A stretch of 64,000 bases of DNA from an uncultured Actinomycetota bacterium (lineage in GTDB: Bacteria; Actinomycetota; Actinomycetes; JAHEKZ01): the NCBI GenBank assembly GCA_963743915.1, contig CAVURN010000005.1:288001-352000 (forward strand), written 5' to 3'. The translations under genes and the position numbers were made by a program. The notes below the pieces were generated by a model. It was not told where the DNA came from and did no database searches. It saw nothing but the letters and a program-made list of their open reading frames with translations. Positions 19,751-33,269 of the stretch are shown piece by piece; positions within the stretch are counted from its first letter, which is position 1, and each line of letters begins with the position of its first letter.

Positions 19751-19773
19751 TTCTCGACGACCGTGTGGGCGCG

Positions 19774-20499
19774 TCAGAGTTCCGCCAGCACGCGTGCGCG
19801 GGCAAAGATCTCGTCGAGCATCGGTGCCGTGAGACGCCCAGTGAAGGTGTTCTGTTGGCTCGGATGGAACGAGCCCAGCAACGTGACCCTTCCCAGCCCG
19901 ACCTCGGCCCCGTGGCTGAACCGCGGACGGGGCCGGGGCACGCTCTCGCCCGCCCGCGCCAGTGCGCCGAGTCCGGCCGTCCAGCCGAACGCCCCGAGGG
20001 CGACGACGACCCGGACGCCGGGCAGCAGCCGCAGCTCGGCGTCCAACCACGGGGCGCAGGTGTCCCGCTCGAGCGGAGTTGGTTGGTTGGCGGGCGGCGC
20101 GCACCGCACCGCAGCCGTGATGCGGACCCCCGAGAGCGCGAGGCCGTCACCGACGGACACCGAGGTCGCCTGGTTCGCCAACCCGGCCCGGTGGAGGGCG
20201 GCATAGAGCCAGTCACCGCTGCGGTCCCCCGTGAACATGCGGCCGGTGCGGTTCGCTCCATGTGCCGCGGGCGCGAGACCGACCACGAGGATGGACGCGT
20301 CCGCATCGCCGAAGCCCGGCACGGGGCGTCCCCAGTAGTCGTCGGCGGCGAAGGCCCTGCGCTTCTCACGCGCCACCCTCTCGCGCCACTGCACCAGCCG
20401 AGGGCACGCGCGGCACCCCGTCACGCGCTCGTCGAGCTCGGCCAACGACGCAGCGGTGGCGGCTTCGCGGATGACGTCGCCGACAGAGCTGGGCGTCAC
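19774..20499 (-). CDS. udgB: Uracil-DNA glycosylase family 5 (UdgB)
   Basis: [40 protein letters not shown]; GTGA overlap with upstream gene. Confidence 0.92.
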   Translation of the reverse strand: MTPSSVGDVIREAATAASLAELDERVTGCRACPRLVQWRERVAREKRRAFAADDYWGRPVPGFGDADASILVVGLAPAAHGANRTGRMFTGDRSGDWLYAALHRAGLANQATSVSVGDGLALSGVRITAAVRCAPPANQPTPLERDTCAPWLDAELRLLPGVRVVVALGAFGWTAGLGALARAGESVPRPRPRFSHGAEVGLGRVTLLGSFHPSQQNTFTGRLTAPMLDEIFARARVLAEL

Positions 20500-21185
20500 G
20501 CCGAGAGGCGTTGATGCAGGAACTCGACGGTGCGGTCCCACGCCAGTGCCGAAGCAGCCGCGTCGTGGACCTCGGGTCGGTCGTCGTTGAAGAACGCGTG
20601 GTGCGTGCCGGGGTAGTCGAAGATCTCGACGGTTCCACCCGCACCCAGGATCGCGGAACGCGCCTGCTGGATGCCGGACGCCGCCGAGGTGCCGTCCTCC
20701 TCCGAGCAGTGGATCATCGCCGCTTTGCCCTCGTAGTTCGGCCACTTCGGCTCCATGCGCTCCCACGGCAACGCCGGGTAGAAGGCGACCGCGGCGGTGA
20801 GCTGCGGAGCCAGTGTCCCTGCCCACAGGGCAAGGGAACCGCCCATGCAGAAGCCGACGGCGCCGATGGCGTTTCCGTTGGTGGGGTCGCTCTCGAAGAG
20901 GAACTGTGCGGCACCGGCGATGTCCTTGGCGGCCGGATCCATCGCGAGCGCCATCATCATGCGCATGGCCTCGTCCGGCTCGGTCGTCTTGGCCCCGTGG
21001 TACAGGTCGGGAGCCAGCGCCACGAAACCTGCCTCCGCGAACCGGTCGACCACGTTCTCGATGTGCGGCACCAGGCCCCACCACTCCTGGATCACGACGA
21101 TTCCCGGTCCCCGCCCGGACGCCGGGACCGCGAAGGCTCCCCCACAGGTGCCGCCGTTGCTCGAGAACGTCACTCGGTCGGCCAT
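20496..21185 (-). CDS. Dienelactone hydrolase family protein
   Basis: QEWWGL, APDLY, GFCMGG nucleophile, HAFFND; AGGAGG RBS. Confidence 0.92.
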   Translation of the reverse strand: MADRVTFSSNGGTCGGAFAVPASGRGPGIVVIQEWWGLVPHIENVVDRFAEAGFVALAPDLYHGAKTTEPDEAMRMMMALAMDPAAKDIAGAAQFLFESDPTNGNAIGAVGFCMGGSLALWAGTLAPQLTAAVAFYPALPWERMEPKWPNYEGKAAMIHCSEEDGTSAASGIQQARSAILGAGGTVEIFDYPGTHHAFFNDDRPEVHDAAASALAWDRTVEFLHQRLSA

Positions 21186-21206
21186 CGGCCCTCCTGGTCT
21201 GACCCA

Positions 21207-21290
21207 GCGGTGCTGGACCCGTGCTGAACGCGGTGCCGGACACCCTGCTGGGTGCGGGTGCCGGACGCGGTGCTGGACGCGGTGCTGGAG
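21207..21290. repeat. Degenerate 12-bp tandem repeat (GCGGTGCTGGAC), about 7 units
   Basis: Units start at 21207, 21219, 21230, 21242, 21254, 21267 and 21279. Confidence 0.7.
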
Positions 21291-21344
21291 GAAAGGTACC
21301 GGGTGAGCCGGTCCCTGCCGAGGCCTCGCCCACCCCCACCCCAG

Positions 21345-21468
21345 CGGGTGCCCTGTGACACCGCCTGCAATCAATGAAGGTTTCGGGGTACCCACGGCTC
21401 AGAGGCCGACGTGATGGTGTGGCGATTCCTTCAATCAATGAAGGCGGTGTCACAGGGCACCCGAAACC
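21345..21468. repeat. REPIN/MITE-like element with 22-bp perfect terminal inverted repeats
   Basis: CGGGTGCCCTGTGACACCGCCT (21345-66) and its reverse complement (21442-63); internal direct repeat CAATCAATGAAGG (21368-80, 21432-44). Confidence 0.8.
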
Positions 21469-21501
21469 GGGGGTCAGCGGTGTCGCCCGAACCGCCGAGG
21501 G

Positions 21502-22444
21502 TCAGGGCGCGAGGGAGGCGGCGATGCCGTCGAGGATGTCGCGCTCGCTCACCAGCACCTCCGGAACGCCGCAGTAGGCCACCACCGCCGACAGCACCAG
21601 CGAGCCTGCCGCGATCACGTCGACCCGCCCGGGGTGGATCACCGGGTTGGCTGCCCGCTTCTCCCGCGTGGAGTAGAGCAGCTCTTCGCAGACGCGGTGC
21701 ACATCGGCTGCGGTGATCACCGCACCGTGGATCCTGGCGGAGTCGTACTCCCACATCCCCATCGCCAGCGCAGCCACCGTGGTGACCGACCCGGCCAGGC
21801 CGACCAGGGTCGCAGCCTGTCGCAGCGGAACCGTCGTGGCCGCCTCACGAATCGCGGCATCGATGTCGTCACGCGCCGCAGCCACCTCACCCGGCCAGGG
21901 CGGGTCGGTCACGAAGTGGCGCTCGGTCATGCGCACGCATCCGACGTCCACGGACGCGGACGCGGTGGGCTCACGTCCCGGCTCACCCATCACGAACTCG
22001 GTCGATCCACCACCGATGTCGACCACCAGGCAAGGCGGGGCGGCAGTGACGATGTCGAGGTCGCGCGTGGCGCCCGCGAACGAGAGGGCGGCTTCCTCCG
22101 CACCCGAGATCACCTCCGGCTCGACCCCGAGTCGCCCCCGGATGCCCGACACGAAGACATCCCGGTTGTCGGCATCACGGGTGGCGGACGTCGCGACGAA
22201 TCGCAGGGCATCGCGCTCCCGTCGACTCGATGATCCCGGCGTACTCCTCCACCGCTGCGAAGGTCCTCTCGAGCGCCGCCTCGGACAGGTGACCCGTGGC
22301 GTCCACCCCCTCCCCGAGGCGGACGATGCGCATCTCCCGCGCGACGTCGACCAGGAGTCCCGACCTGTCGTCCACCTCGACGACCAGCAGGCGGACAGAG
22401 TTGGTGCCGCAGTCGATCGCGGCGACGCGCCGCGCGCCGCTCAC
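21502..22444 (-). CDS. ppx: Ppx/GppA exopolyphosphatase (frameshift near 22210)
   Basis: AAIDCGTNS.RL, IVRLGEG, then ATSATRDA, ISGAEEA, DIGGGSTE, GR.DVI, DILDG. Confidence 0.9.
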
Positions 22445-22981
22445 GATGCCGCCTCGGCGCAGGTCTGCCCGCGTGCCAGCCCGCGTTCGGCGATCTCGCT
22501 CAACGCCTCGTCTCCGAACGGGTTGACGCCGGGGCCGGCAGCCAGTGCATGACCGACCAGGACGTGCAGACACTTCACCCGGTCCGGCATGCCGCCGGCG
22601 GTCACTCCCGCGATCTCCGGCACGTCACCGATCGCCGTGCGCTGCGCCAGGTACGACTGGTGCGCCTTCCGGTACGTGGCCGCGAGCTCATCGTCCACCG
22701 CGAGCCGCTCCTGCATCTCACGCATGCGCCCCTCGGCCTCGAGCGTGCTGACCGCACCGGTCAGGCGGGCACAGGTCAGGTAGTACAAGCGTCGGGAAGG
22801 GGGTGCCATCGGGAAGCCGTGGCTCGGTCTCGACCACGTCGGGCTCCCCGCACGCGCAACGGTGGGCCACTCGGCGCAGACCTCGGGGCTCGCGACCGAG
22901 CTGTCGCCGCACTGCGGCGCGGTCCGACTCGGTCACCCCGGGGGGCATGCCCGACGCCCCGGAGGCGTCGTCGACGCTCAC
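22441..22981 (-). CDS. DUF501 family protein (frameshift near 22790)
   Basis: QLGREPRG..HRC.CG..PRLPDGTPFPT / YYLTC...GGMPDRVKCLH...GPGVNPFG. Confidence 0.88.
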
Positions 22982-23412
22982 CGGTCGTCCGCCTCCTGCA
23001 CCGAGCCCCACAACGTGTCGTACCACGCGACTTCGGGGTCGGTCGCGACCCGGATCTCCGGGTTACGCGCATCCTCGACGTCCTCGGGGGACAGCAGCAC
23101 CAGCCCCTTCTCGCCAGGGAAGACGTAGTGCAGGCGTTCCCGGGCCTGCTCCTCGACGAACGCGTCGTCGCGCCAGCGCTGCGACTGCTCCTGCAGGTTG
23201 CCGACGCGCGACTCCAGCTGCGCCACCCGCTCCTCGGCCGCCGCGATCGCGCTGCGCTGTGCGAGGAACTCACGGATCGGGAACGCGAGCGACATCACCA
23301 GCGCAGCCGCCACGAGGATCAGCACGACCGCGCGCCCGGTCAGACGTGCCCACAGTGGGCGGTCGTCGACCACCTCGAGGTGCGCACGTGAGCGCGTGCC
23401 GTTGGACGCCAC
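22978..23412 (-). CDS. divIC: Septum formation initiator (FtsB/DivIC)
   Basis: TM, coiled coil, W.D..FVEEQARERLHYVFPGE; downstream of eno. Confidence 0.88.
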   Translation of the reverse strand: MASNGTRSRAHLEVVDDRPLWARLTGRAVVLILVAAALVMSLAFPIREFLAQRSAIAAAEERVAQLESRVGNLQEQSQRWRDDAFVEEQARERLHYVFPGEKGLVLLSPEDVEDARNPEIRVATDPEVAWYDTLWGSVQEADDR

Positions 23413-23415
23413 GCG

Positions 23416-25739
<2,324 letters not shown>

Positions 25740-25742
25740 CGG

Positions 25743-26393
25743 CTACTGCCCCGTGGGAGCGGGAGCCGGAGCCGGCTCGGGCTGCTCGGTCACCGCCGGG
25801 CGGGACAGGCGCTCGAGGGCACGCGGCTCGACACCTGGCACGTCCGGGTTCCACACCCCGAACCGGGGACTCACCGAGACGTCCAGGTCCTCCGCCGTGG
25901 ACCGGAGTGCCTCGAGGTAGGCCGCATCTGCCTCCTCGGGACTGGCTCCGGGTGCGGCGAGAGCCTCACCCAGCGAACGGCGCAGGACGACGTACTCGGC
26001 GGCGGCCTCGAGCCTGGACGGGGGAATCGCGTTCTGCGCGGAGGCGGTCTCGCGCTGGGCCGGGTCGGTGCCCAGCAGCTGGTCGATCTCGGACGCCGAG
26101 GCGGTCACGCCCTCCTGCTCGGCGAGCGCCAAGGTGATCTGCTCATTGAGCCACCAGGACGTCAGGACCAGGGTGAGCTGGTCCTCGGGCGGCTGCTGCG
26201 CGTCGGGGTTGTCCGCGTACACCCCGGCGAGCTCGTCGGACCACTCGGCGAGCTGGCTCTCGGTGAGACGCTCCTCGCCGACGACCGCGGCGGCTCCTGC
26301 CTTGTGGCTGGCGCAGCCGCTGAGCACGACCACTCCCAGGGCTGCCAGTACCAGCGCGCTCCGCACGCGTCGTCCACCTCGCATGGCGCTCAC
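25743..26393 (-). CDS. Lipoprotein with SurA/PrsA N-terminal-like domain
   Basis: Lipobox LSGC, GAAAVVGE.R, V.VSPRFG.W; between mfd and mazG. Confidence 0.75.
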   Translation of the reverse strand: MSAMRGGRRVRSALVLAALGVVVLSGCASHKAGAAAVVGEERLTESQLAEWSDELAGVYADNPDAQQPPEDQLTLVLTSWWLNEQITLALAEQEGVTASASEIDQLLGTDPAQRETASAQNAIPPSRLEAAAEYVVLRRSLGEALAAPGASPEEADAAYLEALRSTAEDLDVSVSPRFGVWNPDVPGVEPRALERLSRPAVTEQPEPAPAPAPTGQ

Positions 26394-26401
26394 CGTTCTC
26401 C

Positions 26402-29400
26402 TCATCGGTCGACCAGCACCGCCTCGACGAACTCGGTCACCCACTGGAGCAGAGCAGCGTCTCGCAGCGGCTCTCCTCCGACCCGTGCGGTCGTCGGTCT
26501 CGGCACCAGGATCGTACGGACCGCCGGCTTGACGGTGGTGCCCGGGTAGAGCCGGGTCAGGCGCAGGGTGGCGGACTCCGGCAGCTCGACCGGGAAGATC
26601 CGCACCCTGCTTCCCTGCACCACCACCTCGCTCACTCCGACCGAACGCACGAGCGTCCGGAGCCGAGCGACGTCGAAGAGCCGCTCGACCGGTTCGGGAA
26701 GCGGGCCGAACCGGTCCACCAGCTCGTCACGGACGTCGGCCAGTGTCTGCTCGTCGTGGGCGTCCGCGAGCCGCTGGTACGCCTGGAGCCGCACCTTCTC
26801 GGACGGCACCCAGTCGTGCGGGATGTGGGCGTCCACGGGCAGCTCGACCCGGATCTCGGCCGGTTCGCCTCCCGACTCCGGCCCCTCACCCTTGAGGGTG
26901 GCAACCGCCTCACCGACGAGGCGGAGGTAGAGGTCGAAGCCCACGCCTTCGATGTGGCCGCTCTGCTCCCCGCCCAGCACGTTGCCGGCGCCACGGATCT
27001 CGAGGTCCTTCATGGCGACGGCCATGCCGGAGCCGAGATCGGTGTGCTGCGCGATGGTGGCCAGCCGGTCGTGCGCCGGCTCGGTGAGCGGTCGTTCAGG
27101 TGGGTAGAGGAAGTACGCGTAACCACGGTCACGCCCGCGACCCACCCGACCACGCAGCTGGTGCAGCTGCGCCAGTCCGAGGGTGTCGGCCCGCTCCACG
27201 ACCAAGGTGTTGGCATTGCTGATGTCGAGACCGGACTCGACGATCGTGGTGCACACCAACACGTCGAAACGTTTGTCCCAGAAGTCGACGATGATGCGCT
27301 CCAGCGCGTCCTCGGACATCTGACCGTGTGCCACCTCGACCCGCGCCTCGGGAACGATCTCGCGGACCCGCGCAGCCGCACGCTCGATGGACTCCACCCG
27401 GTTGTGGATGTAGAAGACCTGGCCCTCCCGCAACAGCTCGCGACGGATGGCTGCACCGATCTGCTTCTGGTCGTACGCCCCCACGAAGGTCAGCACCGGA
27501 TGGCGTTCCTCTGGAGGCGTGAGGATGGTCGACATCTCTCGGATCCCGCCGAGCGCCATCTCCAGGGTGCGGGGGATCGGCGTCGCCGACATCGTGAGGA
27601 CGTCCACGTGCGTGCGCAGCGCCTTCAGGTGTTCCTTGTGCTCGACGCCGAAGCGCTGCTCCTCGTCGACGACCACGAGGCCCAGGTCCTTGAAGCGCGT
27701 CGTGGCCTGCAGCAGCCGGTGGGTCCCGATCACGACGTCGACGCTCCCGTCCGCCAGGCCCTCGATCACCTCGGCAGCCTCACGGTCGGTCTGGAAACGG
27801 GACAGCGCCTTGACCGTGACCGGGAATGCGGCAAACCGCTCGGTGAAGGTGTTGGTGTGCTGCTGGACGAGCAAGGTCGTGGGCACGAGCACCGCCACCT
27901 GCTTGCCGTCCTGCACCGCCTTGAACGCCGCCCGCACGGCGATCTCCGTCTTGCCGTACCCCACGTCCCCGCAGACGAGGCGGTCCATGGGTATCGGCTG
28001 CTCCATGTCCCGTTTCACCTCGTCGATGCAGGCCATCTGGTCGACGGTCTCGACGTAGGGGAAGGCGTCCTCGAGCTCACGCTGCCAGGGAGTGTCCGGG
28101 CCGAACGCGTACCCCGGTGCTGACTGACGGGCCGAGTACAGGCGGACGAGCTCGGCCGCGATCTGCTTGACCGCCTTGCGTGCGCGGCCCTTGGTCTTGG
28201 CCCAGTCCGCACCACCGAGTCGGTGCAGCGAGGGGGATTCCCCTCCGACGTACCGGGTCACGAGGTCGAGCTGGTCGGTCGGCACGAAGAGGCGGTCAGC
28301 GGGCTGCCCGCGGCGCGCGGGGGCGTACTCGATCACGAGGTATTCCCGCGTCGAACCCTGTACCTCGCGACGTGTCATCTCGACGTAGCGCCCGACACCG
28401 TGCTGCTCGTGCACGACGTAGTCACCCGGGGAGAGCTGGAGCGGGTCCACCGTGGCCCGCCGCCGCGACGGCATCCGTCGCATGTCCCGCGTCGACGACT
28501 TCTGCCCGACCAGGTCGGTCTCGGTCAGCACCAGCAGCTTGAGAGCGTCGGAGACCAGGCCGTGCTCCATGACGCCGGTGGCCACCTGCACGACGGAGGC
28601 GTCGCGCACGGGGTCGACCTCGGCGACCACCTCGGCGACGACATCGTCGTCACGCAGCCGCTCGGCGAACCGTTCAGCCGGACCGTGCCCCGCCGTGACC
28701 AGCACGACGCGCCACCCGTCCGCGACCGACGCGTGGATGGTCTTCAGCGCCCGGTCCGTGTCGCCCCGGTACTCATCGGCAGCGCGCAGCGTCGTTCCGG
28801 CGGTCTCGTCGTCGGGTCCGCCGAAGGGGCCGACACCCCACCAGGGGAGGCCGCGGCCGACCGCGGCCGACCGCACCTCGGCCAGCTCTCGGTAGGAGGC
28901 CGCCCCCAGGTCGATCGGCGTGCTGTTCCCGGCCGCGGCGTTCGCCCAGGAGGCCGCGAGGAACTCCTCGCTGGTGCGATGCAGCTCGTGGCTGCGGGTG
29001 CGCACCCGCTCGGGGTCGACCACCACCATTGCCGTCGCGTCGGGCACGACGTCGACCAGCAGCTCCATCCCGTCACCCAGCAGGGGCGACAGGGACTCCA
29101 TCCCTTCGACGGCGACCCCCTCGGCGAGCTGCCCGAGCACGTCGGCGAGCCCTGGGTGGATCGCCACGAGTCCGGCCGCCCGACGGCGCACGGTCTCGGT
29201 GAGCGGAAGCTCGCGCACCGGCGGCGCCCACACGCCGTGAGGTGCCGTCTCCAGGCTCCGCTGGTCAGCAGCCTTGAACCACCGGATCTCCTCCACCGTG
29301 TCGCCCCACAGCTCGACCCGCAGCGGGTGCTGCTCGACGGCGGGGAACACGTCGAGGATTCCTCCACGGACCGCGAACTCCCCGCGACGCTCGACGACGT

Positions 29401-29926
29401 CGGCCCGGCTGTAGCCGGAGTCCGCGAGCCGCCGGACGACCTCGGCGAGGTCGATCTCGTCGCCGGCGTGGATGCGGACCGGTTCCAGGTCACCGAGCCC
29501 GGTGACGAAGGGCTGCAGCACCGCACGCACGGGTGCGACCACGACAGCCAGCGGACCCGAACCGGGGTCGGCCGGGTCGGGGTGCACCAGCCGGCGCAGC
29601 ACCGCGAGCCGGCGCCCGACCGTGTCGGAGCGTGGTGAGAGTCGCTCGTGCGGCAGCGTCTCCCAGGAGGGGAAGTCGGTGACGGTCTCCGGGTCGAGCA
29701 ACGAGCTGAGCGCGGCCACCAGGTCGTCGGCCTCCCGGGTGGTCGCGGTGACGGCGAGCACCGGCCGGGCGGCACCGTGCATGCCGCGAGCCATCGCGGC
29801 CACGATGGCTGCGGTGGCCGTCGACGGGACGGTGAGCTCTCCGCCGGTGCCAGTGGCGGCCAGTCGCAGGGCCTCGGCCACCGCGGCGTCCTCGGCGACG
29901 AGGGGAACCAGGCCGGCCAAGGACAT
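26402..29926 (-). CDS. mfd: Transcription-repair coupling factor Mfd
   Basis: WETLPHERLSP, GEFAVRGG, VVHEQHGVG, CGDVGYGKTE, DEEQRFG, SATPIPRTL, QLRGRVGR, DLEIRGAGN. Confidence 0.98.
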   Translation of the reverse strand: MSLAGLVPLVAEDAAVAEALRLAATGTGGELTVPSTATAAIVAAMARGMHGAARPVLAVTATTREADDLVAALSSLLDPETVTDFPSWETLPHERLSPRSDTVGRRLAVLRRLVHPDPADPGSGPLAVVVAPVRAVLQPFVTGLGDLEPVRIHAGDEIDLAEVVRRLADSGYSRADVVERRGEFAVRGGILDVFPAVEQHPLRVELWGDTVEEIRWFKAADQRSLETAPHGVWAPPVRELPLTETVRRRAAGLVAIHPGLADVLGQLAEGVAVEGMESLSPLLGDGMELLVDVVPDATAMVVVDPERVRTRSHELHRTSEEFLAASWANAAAGNSTPIDLGAASYRELAEVRSAAVGRGLPWWGVGPFGGPDDETAGTTLRAADEYRGDTDRALKTIHASVADGWRVVLVTAGHGPAERFAERLRDDDVVAEVVAEVDPVRDASVVQVATGVMEHGLVSDALKLLVLTETDLVGQKSSTRDMRRMPSRRRATVDPLQLSPGDYVVHEQHGVGRYVEMTRREVQGSTREYLVIEYAPARRGQPADRLFVPTDQLDLVTRYVGGESPSLHRLGGADWAKTKGRARKAVKQIAAELVRLYSARQSAPGYAFGPDTPWQRELEDAFPYVETVDQMACIDEVKRDMEQPIPMDRLVCGDVGYGKTEIAVRAAFKAVQDGKQVAVLVPTTLLVQQHTNTFTERFAAFPVTVKALSRFQTDREAAEVIEGLADGSVDVVIGTHRLLQATTRFKDLGLVVVDEEQRFGVEHKEHLKALRTHVDVLTMSATPIPRTLEMALGGIREMSTILTPPEERHPVLTFVGAYDQKQIGAAIRRELLREGQVFYIHNRVESIERAAARVREIVPEARVEVAHGQMSEDALERIIVDFWDKRFDVLVCTTIVESGLDISNANTLVVERADTLGLAQLHQLRGRVGRGRDRGYAYFLYPPERPLTEPAHDRLATIAQHTDLGSGMAVAMKDLEIRGAGNVLGGEQSGHIEGVGFDLYLRLVGEAVATLKGEGPESGGEPAEIRVELPVDAHIPHDWVPSEKVRLQAYQRLADAHDEQTLADVRDELVDRFGPLPEPVERLFDVARLRTLVRSVGVSEVVVQGSRVRIFPVELPESATLRLTRLYPGTTVKPAVRTILVPRPTTARVGGEPLRDAALLQWVTEFVEAVLVDR

Positions 29927-30051
29927 GGAGCGCTCCTCCCTGCGGGTTGCCCAGGCGCTGCCCTCGAGGCGCAGCACGACGGCCCCGGACATCGTCGATG
30001 CCGGGGAGGAGGTCAAGCCTACGGTGCCGGGACGACCCGCGGGACCTCAGA

Positions 30052-32998
30052 TCAACCGCTCCGGAGGACGACGGAGACAGTGGTCGCAGCCGCCGACTTG
30101 CCGGACGCGACCGCGGTGAGGCCTGCGCGAGAGCCGGCCAGGGCCGGGACGCCGTCATCAGTGAGCAGCCCCGAGACGCGCACGGTGCCCGGGACGGCCG
30201 GGTCGTAGCTGCTGACGGGTGCGGCACGGCTGGTCTGGCCGAGCGGTGGCACCCAGCCCGTGGTCGTGGACGTCTTGTCCGACCAGTACGAGACGACCCA
30301 GGCCCCATCGACGGGCACGCTCACGCCGGGGGTCGTGTGCCCGAAGGTCGCGTCCGACGCGGGCTCGTCGGCGGTCGCGACCGGTCCGACCGAGGCGACC
30401 CCCGAGTAGACGGCGGTGCTGACGATCGCCCGCGTCGCGACGGTGGTCCCGCCGTCGGAGAACTCCACGCCCACGGTCCGTCCGGCGTCGGCGGCCGTCG
30501 CCCATCGGGTGTACACGACGGTGCGGGTCCCGCTGTCGGTGACGTCACCCCGCTCCGTCCAGCCACCGAGCGGCACCTTGTCCGCGTCGAGGATGGCACC
30601 GGGATCGGCGCTGGTGCCGCCGCTCACGACCATCAGCAGCAGGTCGCCCGGCTCGACCGTTTCCGGCAGCGGCCACGTGTGAAAGCGCACCTGCTTGCCC
30701 TCGTACGCCGCGGCCGCTCGGAAGGCGACCGTCGTGGCGATCGGCGACACTTCGACGTCGACCACAGTCGACGCGGAGGCACCGTCGTCATCGGTCACCG
30801 TGAGCGTCACCGGGTAGGTGCCGGCCTCGGCGAAGATGTGGTGCTGCGCCGTCCCACCGGACGCGGAGGTGCCGTCCCCGAAGCTCCACACGTACGACAC
30901 GAGGGAGCCGTCGGCGTCGGACGAGGACGTCGCGTCGAAGGTGCAGGAGGTTCCGACGCAGGCGCTCCGGAAGGTGGCCGTCGGAGACGCGTTGATGGCG
31001 AACGTGGAGGGCTGGGTGGACAGGAAGAGGCCTTTCGCCCGCCAGTCGACGGTGGCGTTGACGGTGCGCGTCCCGCCTCGGAAACCCTGCGGGCCGAAGC
31101 GGATCTTGTGCAGCACGCCGTTGGAGCTGACGTAGTAGAGCCAGCTGCCGGAGAGGAACGCCCCCCTCACGGCTCCCGCGTCGACTCCCTTGCCCGCCGA
31201 TGAGTCGGGCACGGTGTGACGCACCGCGCCGACGACGCCGGACTCGGGGGTGAAGGCGCGGTAGTACAGACCACCGTCGGACCTCCGGGATCGTGAGTCC
31301 GCCCGCGTGTAGTACAGCCGGCCGGTACGGCGGTCGTAGAACATGCTGGTCACGCGTCGCATGGACGAGCGCAGGTCCACGACGAGCGATCCGCCGCCCA
31401 ACGGCACGATGGTCTGGGGTCCGAGGCGGGTGCCGTCGAAAGACTGCTTGCGCAGCGTGCCGTCGTTCCACCCCGTGTAGAGCGTGTCGTCCACCATGAA
31501 CGCGCCTCTCACGCCCGACCAGGCGACCCCGCCGTCGGCGAGTGCCTTGGCCTGGGGTCGGGCGGAACCGACGAGGTACTGCGACCGGACGTCGGCGGCG
31601 CCGACCGCGGGATCGAGCTGGACGACGTCGCCCGGGATGGTCCCGACCCGGTCGGTGGGGAGGGGCAGACCCCCGGACCAGGGGAAGGCCGCGAGCCGGT
31701 CGCGCCGCTCACCGGCCCAGACGGGGGTGTCCGAACCCGCCCAGAGCTCGCTGTCGGTGACCAGGAAGTCGAAGACGCCGACCCCTCGGGACCGGGTGGG
31801 GTTCCAGCTGAACGGCAGGCCGTTGCGCGTGTCGAGGGCGGCCAGCCCCTCGCGGACCACACCGCCCGGTCCGGCCGTGCCCCCGTCCAGCGAGTACGGG
31901 TTGTTCAGCCACCGGAAGTGGCCGCCCACGTACGCGACCGGACCGGTCACCTCGACCGCCCAGAAGGTGTCCCCACCGCTGTGGTCGACCCAGGTGGGCT
32001 GCTGCGCTCCCTGAGCGTAGGTCTCCCACCGAGTCGCGGAGTCGCACAGCTTGGTGGGTCCGCCCAGCCCACCGGTGGTCACGACGACGAAGAAGGAGCC
32101 GTCCGGCGCCAGGTCGACGTCGTGCAGATACGAGTCGAAGAATCGGTTGCAGTCGCGGCTGCCGAACCGGGACGTGCGCCAGCCGTCCACGACGGCATGC
32201 CGCCCTGAGGTGTCGAGCACCGCCACCTGCGTCCGCGTGCGCCCTCCGACTGCGGTGAAGTTCCCGATGGCGACCAGGCGGTCGCCCGCAGGGGTCACGT
32301 CGATCTTCCGCACGGTGGTGACGCCACCCTGGTTGACCCCGGAGAACGGCAGGTCGACCGCTCGCGTCAGCCATCCAGTCGACGCGTTCAGCGTGGCCAG
32401 GCCCCGGCGGGGCACGCCACCGGCCGACGTGAACGACCCCGCGACGTAGAGGCGGCTGCCGACAAGGCGGAGGTCATAGATCCGTCGGTCGAACGCCGGG
32501 CTGCGGAAGGAACCGACCTTCGGGCCGTCGGCGAGGTCGAGCTGCTGCAGCCGACCTGGGCCGACCCCGTTGATCGTGCGGAAGTCGCCGCCGACGTACA
32601 CCGACCGGCCGTCGCCCGACAGGGCCAGCGCGTCGACCCGCGGCGCCACCCCGGGGGCAGAGGCCAGCACGGGGACGAAGGCGTCGCTGACGGCCCCGGT
32701 GGTCACATCGAAGGCGAACAGTCCCGTCCGCGGCAGCACGGGAGCGTCGACGCCGGACTCCTGCACCTTGCTGAACGTGCCCCCGACCACGACCAGGTCC
32801 CCGACGCGGACGATCGCCTGGACGCGCCCGTCGAGCACCCGTGGTGTGTGGTCGAGCGGGTCGTCGCTTGCCAGCTGCTCGGCCGCGGCGGAGGCGCTGG
32901 CCGGTGCGGTCACCGCGCTCATCGAGCGTCACGAGGGCTGCTGCGACCAGGGCCACTGCCCCGGCTCTGAGCCAGCGGCCACCCCTCGTCCTCGCCAC
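30052..32998 (-). CDS. Secreted surface protein: beta-propeller-like repeats + PKD domain + C-terminal beta domain (frameshift just after the signal peptide near 32923)
   Basis: Repeated VGG.F/YVGGDF/YVAGSF/YVGGHF units; PKD signature [11 protein letters not shown]...WSFGDG...[14 protein letters not shown]. Confidence 0.82.
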
Positions 32999-33269
32999 CT
33001 GCGCTCCCCCACCCGTCGTCGGCGCACCCACTCGGCGCGCACTGTTGCCTCGCCATTACAGAGCGTGCCGGGACGGTCGGGCGGCGACTGCGGTCGAAAG
33101 GGAACCATCGGCGGACGACCTACTTCGTACCGTCAACTCGTGGCTACGCAGCGTGATCTGCGGAGAACGCCGCCCGGTGACGCACCCACCCGGGTGACGG
33201 CGCTCCGGGCGACGTCGGGGTCTGCGCTCGCACCACGTACGCTGCCGGGGACTCGCCTGAAGGGACAGC

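Noticed and set aside
21207-21468. Possible CRISPR array
   Set aside because: Repeats are tandem 12-mers or inverted, with no regular unique spacers and no cas genes
22190-22810. Programmed ribosomal frameshifting in ppx/DUF501
   Set aside because: No slippery heptamer or stimulatory structure seen; similar indels are spread across unrelated genes, pointing to sequence error
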